Below, one piece after another: positions 1 through 7,247 of a stretch of 64,000 nt of DNA (the stretch's first letter is position 1; every line of letters begins with the position of its first letter). The stretch is from an uncultured Chloroflexia bacterium (GTDB taxonomy: Bacteria > Chloroflexota > Chloroflexia > QHBQ01 > JADMIH01). A program made the position numbers and the translations under genes. Where the stretch lies: assembly GCA_963797095.1 (NCBI GenBank), contig CAWCNY010000004.1, forward strand, positions 663,632 to 727,631, read 5' to 3'. Below the pieces are notes generated by a model. The model was not told the DNA's origin, searched no databases, and was given only the letters and a program-made list of their open reading frames with translations.

Positions 1-1
1 C

Positions 2-205
2 TACAAGGATATTGATCGCCGCGTCTTCAATGCGGGCGGTATGCCAGAGCAACCACGCGATTGAGTTCATCCCCGGACGTGGGCATGTGCGCAACTGCTC
101 TTCGGTAAGGCCCTTCACGATCTGGTCGGCAAGGTACCACTCGCCCTGGCCTTCGCTAACCTCGGCGGTGTGGACTATTGAATGTTGGTTGAGGAAGGTG
201 TCCAT
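2..205 (-). CDS. DinB/YfiT-like family protein, N-terminal part (runs off the window)
   Basis: Manual translation, not in the ORF track: MDTFLNQHSIVH...LTEEQLRTCPRPGMNSIAWLLWHTARIED. The 'NSIAWLLWH..R.ED' motif is typical of the DinB superfamily. Confidence 0.7.
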   Translation of the reverse strand, partial: MDTFLNQHSIVHTAEVSEGQGEWYLADQIVKGLTEEQLRTCPRPGMNSIAWLLWHTARIEDAAINILV

Positions 206-234
206 AGTTCGTATTGCATACAGCTTGCCTTCAT

Positions 235-2013
235 TCACTCGCCACTCGCCACTCGCCACTCGTCAACAAACAGGCTGCATAGCTCGAATTTTACCACGTC
301 CACCAACCCCAGGTCAGTCAGCTTTAGCTCAGGGATTACGGGCAGAGCCAGGAAGGCCATCTGCATATAGGGGTTGGCGAGCGGACAGCCTAGCTCGCGG
401 GCAGCGGCGAGGAGTTTCAGCAAGCCCTCGCGCACAACCGCATGAGGCTTGTCGGACATGAGGCCAGCTACCGGCAGAGGCAGTTGGGCCAGCACCGTGC
501 CATCCATCACAGCCGCGATACCCCCTTGCATATCGTTTACTGTACGAGCCGCTAGCATCATATCGGCATCGTTGGTGCCAACAACCACCACATTGTGCGA
601 GTCGTGAGCGATGCTCGAAGCAAGCGCACCTTTCTTGAGGCCCATGCCCGTGACGAGCGCAACCCCAACATGGCATGTGCCGCTGTGCCGCTCCACCACC
701 GCGATCTTGAGAAGGTCGCGTCTTACATCTGCTATCACGCGGCCCTCTTCGACCTTCGGCTCAGTCACTTCCGCTTTAGTGACGATTTGCTCAGGCAATA
801 CGCGGATTACTCTGGCTTGCTTGCCTCCGGCAACGATCTCAAATGAGCGTTCTGTGACAAAGCTGGCGGTCATATTGTTGGGCGGAGGCTGGACACGATT
901 GCGCACAGGCGAGAGGGTTTGCCCATCTAGTGCGACCAGTTTTCCCGCCGCAAAGGTGCGGGTTGGCCTGATATTCTTCAGGTCGCGGAAAGTCACTATG
1001 TCGGCGTGATAGCCCGGCGCGATTGCGCCCAGATCGTTGAGTCCGTAGTGGCGGGCAGTGTTGATGCTCGCCATCTGCAAAGCCAGTATCGGATCGAGGC
1101 CCTGGGCCACCGCCTTGCGAATGTTGTGGTCTATGTGGCCCTGTGTTTCCAGGTCGTCCGGCTGCTTGTCGTCGGTGGCCCATGAGCAGAAGCGGGCAGT
1201 ACGCTCATTGACGATGGGCAAAATCGCATCCAGGTTCTTGGCGGTGGACCCTTCGCGGATGAGCACCTGCACACCAGCGCGCAGTTTATCAAGCGTCTCG
1301 GCGGCAGCCACGCTCTCGTGGTCTGACGACACGCCCGCCGCCGCGTATGCCTGCAAAGTCAGCCCGCGCACCAAGGGCGCGTGCCCGTCAACCCTTATTC
1401 TATTTGTGTGCCCCAGGAGGGCTTTGGCAGCCATATCGTCGGAGGCTGACACCACGCCAGGGTAATTCATCATCTCAGCGATACCGAGCACGCGCGGCTC
1501 GTCCAACAGGGTCGCCAGGTCATCGGCGCTCAGGCGTGCCCCTGAGGTCTCCATATGGGTGGCAGGCACACACGACGATAGCATCACGAACACGTGCAGA
1601 GGCAATCCCTCGCTTGCACGCAGCATAAACCTGATGCCATCCAGGCCATGCACATTGGCGATCTCATGTGGGTCGCTGACAACGGCTATGGTGCCATGTG
1701 GCAGCACTGCGTTAGCATATTCGGCAGGGAGCATGAGGCTGCTCTCGATGTGCACATGGGCATCTATGAAGCCCGGTGCGACAAAATCACCCCCCACGTC
1801 CATCGTCTCACGGGCGCTATAGACACCAGGCTGCTCTGAAACCCCGGCGATCCGGCCACCCTGGATCGCAATCTCCGCAGGGTAAATCTCGCGGGTGAGG
1901 ACATTCACTAGTTGGCAGCCTGTGAGGAGCAGGTCTGCCGGTGCATCGCCGCGCGCCACCGCCAGCAGCGCGCGCATCTCGGCATCGCTCGCCACGAAGC
2001 TCCTGACGCTCAC
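235..2013 (-). CDS. ade: Adenine deaminase
   Basis: 592 aa with PGFIDAHVHIESS, SDPHEIANV, EMMNYPGV, DGHAP, SDHE and SIAHDSHN motifs. Confidence 0.95.
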   Translation of the reverse strand: MSVRSFVASDAEMRALLAVARGDAPADLLLTGCQLVNVLTREIYPAEIAIQGGRIAGVSEQPGVYSARETMDVGGDFVAPGFIDAHVHIESSLMLPAEYANAVLPHGTIAVVSDPHEIANVHGLDGIRFMLRASEGLPLHVFVMLSSCVPATHMETSGARLSADDLATLLDEPRVLGIAEMMNYPGVVSASDDMAAKALLGHTNRIRVDGHAPLVRGLTLQAYAAAGVSSDHESVAAAETLDKLRAGVQVLIREGSTAKNLDAILPIVNERTARFCSWATDDKQPDDLETQGHIDHNIRKAVAQGLDPILALQMASINTARHYGLNDLGAIAPGYHADIVTFRDLKNIRPTRTFAAGKLVALDGQTLSPVRNRVQPPPNNMTASFVTERSFEIVAGGKQARVIRVLPEQIVTKAEVTEPKVEEGRVIADVRRDLLKIAVVERHSGTCHVGVALVTGMGLKKGALASSIAHDSHNVVVVGTNDADMMLAARTVNDMQGGIAAVMDGTVLAQLPLPVAGLMSDKPHAVVREGLLKLLAAARELGCPLANPYMQMAFLALPVIPELKLTDLGLVDVVKFELCSLFVDEWRVASGE

Positions 2014-2558
2014 GGCCCATCTCCTCCCTGGGCTATACTCGTTATGCCCGCACGCTCCAAATCCGCCATCGGGAAGGACATCTCGTTGGTCTGGGTGAAA
2101 CCGAGTCGCTCATAGAGCGTCCTGCCCATCTCCGATGCGTGCAGCACCAGGCTGGATACTCCATGCTCTCAATTCCACCCCATAATTGCGCGCATCACCA
2201 TCTCTCCAAGGCCCATGCGCCTCCATGCCTTCTCCGTGTAGACGTTCACGATCAGACCCTGTGGCCCAGGTTTCAGAAGATACCCATCGGTCGTTGGCCT
2301 GGGCAGAATGCGCCTAAACTGCACCCCTCCTCCTGCTACTACCATGCCGGGATCGGAGGCGGGAGTAACTACCCACGCTACGCACTCGCCCGAAGGGATC
2401 GCCTCCCGGTAATAGGCTGCGGATGACTCCGCCAGGAGTGGATAGGCATCCTCGCGCAACTGGCCCATATCCCGGAACATCTCGCACCTGTGCCGCACGA
2501 GGGCCGGTATATTCTCTACAGTCGCGGGGCGGATGTTGAACTGGGCAGGGCGTCCCAT
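2010..2558 (-). pseudogene. GNAT N-acetyltransferase with an in-frame TGA at 2169-2171
   Basis: The acetyl-CoA motif (VYTEKAWRRMGLG) lies before the TGA. The same frame continues EHGVSSLVLHASEMGRTLYERLGFTQTNEM, the GNAT C-terminal motif, to a TGA overlapping the ade start (GTGA). Confidence 0.8.
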
Positions 2559-2560
2559 GT

Positions 2561-3868
2561 CTACTCGATAGATAGAATATTCGCGAGGCTGTCCATATCG
2601 CGGGCGGGGCCGACAAGCGACAGATGCAGTTTATCCGTGCTAAATAATTGGCCCGCCAGGGTCTGTACCTCTTCCGCCGTGACCGCTTCGATCTTGTCCA
2701 GAACCTCGTCCATTGGCTCGATATGGCCGAGCATCAATTCCTGCCAGCCTCCCCAGTGAGCCACGTAGGTGCTTCGCTCCAGGCTCAGGAGGGTATTGCC
2801 TTTGATGTATTCCTTCACCTTGCGCAGCTCGGTGCCTGAAACAGGTTCGTGTTTGATCCGGGCTAGCTCATCCATTATAGCCTGCAACGTTTCATCAACG
2901 CGCTCGTTATCCACAGCGGCATGCACACCGAATGCGCCTACATCATGGTATGTCTTTACGAAGCTGGACACGGCGTAGGCCAGGCCTCTGTTCTCCCTGA
3001 TCTCGATGAAGAGGCGCGACGACATTCCCGCCCCAAGCAGAGCATCCAGCACATCTTGTGCGTAGCGCCCTGGGTGAGTATAGGGCAGCGCTGGCACGCC
3101 CACCAACAGGTTGGCTTGCTCGGTGCGCTTCTTGTAATGCGTAAGCCTGGGGCCGCGCTCGACCGTTGGGCTAACGTTTTCCTGATAGATACCATTCCCC
3201 GAGCGTGGCATATCGGCCCAAAGTTGAGAGATAGCTTCCACAACATCATCGTGGCTGACGTTGCCAGCCACGCTCACCACAAGCGCGTCAGGGCGGTAAT
3301 AATGCTCAACGTGCGCCAAAAGATTGTCCCTGGTGATACGCTTCACGCTCGCCTTGGTGCCGGCCACATCTTTTCCGAGCGCGTGGCCGGGCCACAGCAA
3401 AGCGTCAAACTCAAGGTCGGCGATATCTGAGGGCGAATCGAAAGTTGAGTCGATCTCTTCCAGGATCACATCTCGCTCTTTGGCGATTTCTTCGGGCCTG
3501 TACTCGGAACCGCGCAGCATGTCGGTTAGCACGTCCAGGGCCGTATCCAGGTAGCTGCACGGCACAAGGGCACGATAGTTGGTATGCTCATGGTCGGTAG
3601 CCGCATTGAGGTTGCCCCCCACCCCCTCTATATCCTCCGAAATCTGGGCCGGGTTGGGGCGCTTATACGTGCCTTTGAAGACCATGTGCTCGATGAAGTG
3701 GCTAACTCCCGCCACCTTGGGGTTTTCATGGCGCGCCCCAACTCGCAGGTAAAGCTGCACCGCCGCCGAACGCGTATGGGGCATGCTCGCCGTAACGACC
3801 CTCAAACCGTTGGCGAGGGTAGTCTTCTCATAAACTGTTTCTGTCTTATATGCCAGCTCTGTCTTCAT
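2561..3868 (-). CDS. M16 family (pitrilysin-like) zinc peptidase
   Basis: HFIEHMVFKGT (HxxEH) and SSRLFIEIRENRGLAYAV. Start placed at MKTEL to avoid overlap with pncC. Confidence 0.92.
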   Translation of the reverse strand: MKTELAYKTETVYEKTTLANGLRVVTASMPHTRSAAVQLYLRVGARHENPKVAGVSHFIEHMVFKGTYKRPNPAQISEDIEGVGGNLNAATDHEHTNYRALVPCSYLDTALDVLTDMLRGSEYRPEEIAKERDVILEEIDSTFDSPSDIADLEFDALLWPGHALGKDVAGTKASVKRITRDNLLAHVEHYYRPDALVVSVAGNVSHDDVVEAISQLWADMPRSGNGIYQENVSPTVERGPRLTHYKKRTEQANLLVGVPALPYTHPGRYAQDVLDALLGAGMSSRLFIEIRENRGLAYAVSSFVKTYHDVGAFGVHAAVDNERVDETLQAIMDELARIKHEPVSGTELRKVKEYIKGNTLLSLERSTYVAHWGGWQELMLGHIEPMDEVLDKIEAVTAEEVQTLAGQLFSTDKLHLSLVGPARDMDSLANILSIE

Positions 3869-3873
3869 TTTGC

Positions 3874-4356
3874 TCAAAGTAGGTATTCCAGTATCAATTG
3901 TAGCGCCCGTCGAGCCGATTGCTCTCGATTCTCCTGGCGGTCGCCTTGCCATATATGTTGCTCAACCCTCTCAGACTGTGGGCCTGCGAGAGCGATGTAG
4001 GTCAGGCCGACGGGCTTGGCGGCGGTGCCGCCAACCGGCCCTGCCACGCCCGTTACCGAAACGGCGAGATCGGATCCAACCAGCGAGCGCGCCCCCTTCG
4101 ACATTGCGGCGGCGCACTCGGCGCTAACTGCCCCATACTCTCGGATGAGGTTAGCCGGTACGCCAAGCACTCGCTCCTTTACGCTATTATCGTAAGAGAT
4201 CACGCCGCCCAGGAAGTAGGCCGACGATCCGGGCACGGCGGTGATCCATTCACCGACCATGCCGCCCGTGCACAATTCGGCTACGGCGAGACGCAATCCT
4301 GCTTGCGTCAAAGCCTTGCCCACTTGAACCGCCAGGGCATAATCGTTCTCGTACAT
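3874..4356 (-). CDS. pncC: CinA C-terminal domain protein / NMN deamidase (PncC-like)
   Basis: AE(L)CTGG, PGSSAYF, GAVSAECA, SVTGVAGP and KPVG motifs. The conserved Ser appears as Leu. Confidence 0.85.
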   Translation of the reverse strand: MYENDYALAVQVGKALTQAGLRLAVAELCTGGMVGEWITAVPGSSAYFLGGVISYDNSVKERVLGVPANLIREYGAVSAECAAAMSKGARSLVGSDLAVSVTGVAGPVGGTAAKPVGLTYIALAGPQSERVEQHIWQGDRQENREQSARRALQLILEYLL

Positions 4357-4441
4357 CGTCCGCTAGAAGTCCCCAAAAGAGGGTAGTTCTATCAGTATAC
4401 CACAGCCTTTTGATCTTCGTGGTATGTGGTGGGATAATTCA

Positions 4442-4535
4442 CAGGGCGGATGCAAAGAGTTGTAGGGGCGAGGCATGCCTCGCCCCTACAACGGATTTAT
4501 CCTTCCAACCACATATTGACTTTGAATCCGCCCTG
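4442..4535. repeat. GTAG-type REP palindrome nested in an outer inverted repeat
   Basis: Perfect palindrome TTGTAGGGGCGAGGCATGCCTCGCCCCTACAA (4460-4491), flanked by CAGGGCGGATGCAAAG / CTTTGAATCCGCCCTG. Confidence 0.75.
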
Positions 4536-4579
4536 GGATCATTCAGGACCATCAACAGCCTAGAAGGACCCATTAACCC

Positions 4580-4912
4580 ATGAACACACTCCATTATGAC
4601 CTCGCCTTACTCATAGGCAAAGAGAGCAGCGCCGAACAAGTACACCTGCTCCTGGCGGATGCACGCGACTTCTTGCGCGCATTGGGAGAAGCGGATTTCA
4701 CCCGGCATAACCTGGATCAAGGGCTGCGCGCCGTTGCAGGCAAACGGGGGATCGATCCTGCCTGGCTATTTCGCCCGCTTCGCGTCGCCCTCCAGGGCAA
4801 CATGGGGCAACCCGACCTCTACGAAACAATGCTGGCACTTAGGCGGGACCGCACCCTGAAGCTGGTAGAGGAGGCAATAAGATCTCTGGGCAGCATGGCA
4901 AATACAACATAG
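4580..4912 (+). CDS. Standalone glutamyl-tRNA synthetase anticodon-binding-domain-like protein
   Basis: FRPLRVALQG..GQPDLYETMLALRRDRTL resembles the GltX C-terminus (PLRVALTG...P.LFE.M.LLG.E..L). No catalytic domain; RBS AGAAGGA upstream. Confidence 0.65.
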   Translation: MNTLHYDLALLIGKESSAEQVHLLLADARDFLRALGEADFTRHNLDQGLRAVAGKRGIDPAWLFRPLRVALQGNMGQPDLYETMLALRRDRTLKLVEEAIRSLGSMANTT

Positions 4913-4969
4913 TCAAGAACAAAGCGAGCGAGCAGCCAGGCTGCTCGCTCGCTTTGTTCTTGACTATGT
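4907..4969. terminator. 31-bp perfect inverted repeat between convergent genes (bidirectional terminator)
   Basis: ACATAGTCAAGAACAAAGCGAGCGAGCAGCC-A-GGCTGCTCGCTCGCTTTGTTCTTGACTATGT. Confidence 0.75.
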
Positions 4970-4989
4970 GTAAGACGTTATTGAATGCC

Positions 4990-5259
4990 CTATGCCTCCG
5001 TATGTGCCAGAGGCGATTCGCTCCTGCTCTCGAGAGAAAGCATCTTCGACAAGATGCGCTGAAGTGCCATAGCGTGGCTGCACGTTCCGTACACAGCATA
5101 GGTGCTGCAATTGCATATCCAGTGATTTTCGTTGAGTGTAAGTTGATAGTCGCTGTGCTCGCCCCTGAAATTGGCTTGCAGGTTCAAGATGGTCACGCGT
5201 TCCGGTTCGTGCTCATACCGCTGGGCCTTCTCTATCTTGCCGATCATGCTTGAGTTCAT
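4990..5259 (-). CDS. Small conserved protein with a SWIM-type zinc finger
   Basis: 89 aa with CNC...CSH (CxC-n-CxH); GGAGG RBS upstream. Confidence 0.75.
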   Translation of the reverse strand: MNSSMIGKIEKAQRYEHEPERVTILNLQANFRGEHSDYQLTLNENHWICNCSTYAVYGTCSHAMALQRILSKMLSLESRSESPLAHTEA

Positions 5260-5399
5260 TGAGGAACCTCCGATCTTGAATTGAGAAAGAATATTGTCCG
5301 ATACGGCAACCCCTTTGCGCCGGGGCTACCATTGCCCACTGTTTCGTGCAGCCTATAGAACACAAACACCGGCAAGAGTTCATGCTCTCAGCCGGTGTT

Positions 5400-5462
5400 C
5401 TAGTCTTCACGCAGGGGCACCTCGCGAACTGTTCGCAATGCCCCTGAAGAATTCCTGTCCAT
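5400..5462 (-). CDS. Putative 20-aa leader peptide (uORF) MDRNSSGALRTVREVPLRED
   Basis: GGAGG 9 nt upstream of ATG; the stop abuts a terminator-like hairpin. Confidence 0.35.
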   Translation of the reverse strand: MDRNSSGALRTVREVPLRED

Positions 5463-5499
5463 AAGCGGTTCCCTCCGTATCCGGAGTTTCGATAGGCTA

Positions 5500-5528
5500 A
5501 TTATACTCCTACTACCAGGTCGAGTCAA
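5500..5528 (-). promoter_or_regulatory. Sigma70-type promoter
   Basis: TTGACT-17 nt-TATAAT on the minus strand. Confidence 0.75.
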
Positions 5529-5630
5529 CATCTTTTCCCCATAATTAACCCGCAGTTAGCCCCAATGGGCTAACCCCACGGCGAGTTGCGCCCAGATGCG
5601 AAGACCGCTTGTGATATAATTAGTGACAGC

Positions 5631-7115
5631 ATGAATGCTTGGTTTTGTAGGCATAAATTCAAGCTTAGAAAAAGAATATCACGCCGCAGTGCCCGCGTCC
5701 TGGTGTGTCTGGTTGCCCTCTGGATATCAGTGGCGGGCCTCCTATTGTGGCGAATGCCATCGCCTGCGCACGCCGCTGTACCGGTCAATATGCTGTACGG
5801 ATCCGCCCCCGACACGCCCGACAGCCAGCTACAGGCGATCATTGAGGACGTAATAAAGGACCACTCAGGGACCTGGGGGGTGGCGGTCAAAAAGCTCGAT
5901 ACCGGGCAGTATGCTGCGGTAAATGGGGACGTGCAGCAGGTATCCGCATCTCTCTATAAGCTGTGGGTGCTGTCGGAGCTTTATCACCAGGTCAGCTCCA
6001 GAAAGGTCGACCTCGACGACACCGGCACCGTCACCAATGCCGACGCCTCCGAGGATTCCTTTTACGGCGATTTGCGTATCTACCCCGGCACCGTGCTAAC
6101 CTTCCGTAGCGCAGCCCGCCAGATGGTGGTGGTTAGCGACAACACCGCCGCCCACTTTCTCGTGCGCAACCTGGGTGTGGACCGCGTCAATGCCTTCATG
6201 CAGGCTAACGGCCTCACGCACTCGTATCTTGCCTGGGACAACGGCGGTGACAACGTAACCACCCCCCTCGATGTGTTGCGCGAGCTTGAGATGATGGCGA
6301 CCTCGCAGATGGTGGATGCCGCCTCCAGCCAGGCTATGATCAACACCATGCTCGACCAGCAGATCAACAACCGCCTGCCGCTGGGTGTCCCTTCTGAGGC
6401 GCGCATAGCCCACAAGACAGGCGACCTCGGCAATCTCCTGCATGATGTGGGGATCGTATATGGTCCCTCCGGGCCGTTCGTGATCGTGGCTATGTCAAGC
6501 CATCTATACTCGCTCCAGGACGCATTCCAGGCTATGCCTGAGCTTGCAAGTCGCGTGTACGCGTATTTCAATAACCAGGAGTCAAGCCCCGCCCGCTACT
6601 TTCCTGAGACAAAACAGACGGTGGGCCACGACTTCCTGAAAGTATGGAATGAGTACGGCGGCCTGGATATCTTTGGGTTTCCAATCGGGCCTGAGCACAT
6701 CAAAAACGGCCTCCTTGTGCAAGATTTCGAGCGTGCCCGTATGGAGTTGCACCCGGAGTTGGCGGGATCGGGCGGCCCCGACCCGACAGTTGCGCTGGGG
6801 CTGGTGGGGCAGGAACGAGCCGCCCAACTTGGCCTGCAATGGCCCCGCGCGGACAACACGGGCGAGGGACTCTATTTCGACGCGACCGGGCAGGAGATCA
6901 CGGGCGACTTTCTCTGGTACTGGCAAAACAGGGGAGGCGAGCGCATTTTCGGCTGGCCTATCTCCCCGGCGGCGGAGATGGTGAACCCGGCTGACGGCAA
7001 GAGCTACCTCACTCAGTGGTTCCAGCGAGCACGCATGGAATATCATCCTGAGATGCCTGAGGGCCAGCGCATCGTTTTGGGTGCTCTCGGCACGGAACTG
7101 GCATCCGATAGATAA
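5631..7115 (+). CDS. Secreted class A beta-lactamase-like serine hydrolase with C-terminal Chloroflexi-type surface repeats
   Basis: SLYK (SxxK), SDN and HKTG motifs; signal peptide; FPET/GFPI/FERARME repeats. Confidence 0.85.
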   Translation: MNAWFCRHKFKLRKRISRRSARVLVCLVALWISVAGLLLWRMPSPAHAAVPVNMLYGSAPDTPDSQLQAIIEDVIKDHSGTWGVAVKKLDTGQYAAVNGDVQQVSASLYKLWVLSELYHQVSSRKVDLDDTGTVTNADASEDSFYGDLRIYPGTVLTFRSAARQMVVVSDNTAAHFLVRNLGVDRVNAFMQANGLTHSYLAWDNGGDNVTTPLDVLRELEMMATSQMVDAASSQAMINTMLDQQINNRLPLGVPSEARIAHKTGDLGNLLHDVGIVYGPSGPFVIVAMSSHLYSLQDAFQAMPELASRVYAYFNNQESSPARYFPETKQTVGHDFLKVWNEYGGLDIFGFPIGPEHIKNGLLVQDFERARMELHPELAGSGGPDPTVALGLVGQERAAQLGLQWPRADNTGEGLYFDATGQEITGDFLWYWQNRGGERIFGWPISPAAEMVNPADGKSYLTQWFQRARMEYHPEMPEGQRIVLGALGTELASDR

Positions 7116-7247
7116 GCTCGATCCTGGTGTAAAGCGCAACCATATCGCCTGCCCGACCGTTATACTTGCTAGGCAGGCATGCATCCTGCGAGGCTATGTC
7201 GTTCCCACCGATCGCGCTCGCCTATTGCCCGAACAGGAATCCCACCC

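Noticed and set aside
2169-2171. Selenocysteine codon in the GNAT gene
   Set aside because: The position is not a Cys-type site and no convincing SECIS was seen; a nonsense change or error is simpler.
5455-5495. c-di-AMP (ydaO) riboswitch suggested by ACGGAGGGAACC
   Set aside because: The other conserved segments (GGGGUGAAUC, CCCGUCAGCUAACC) are not present.
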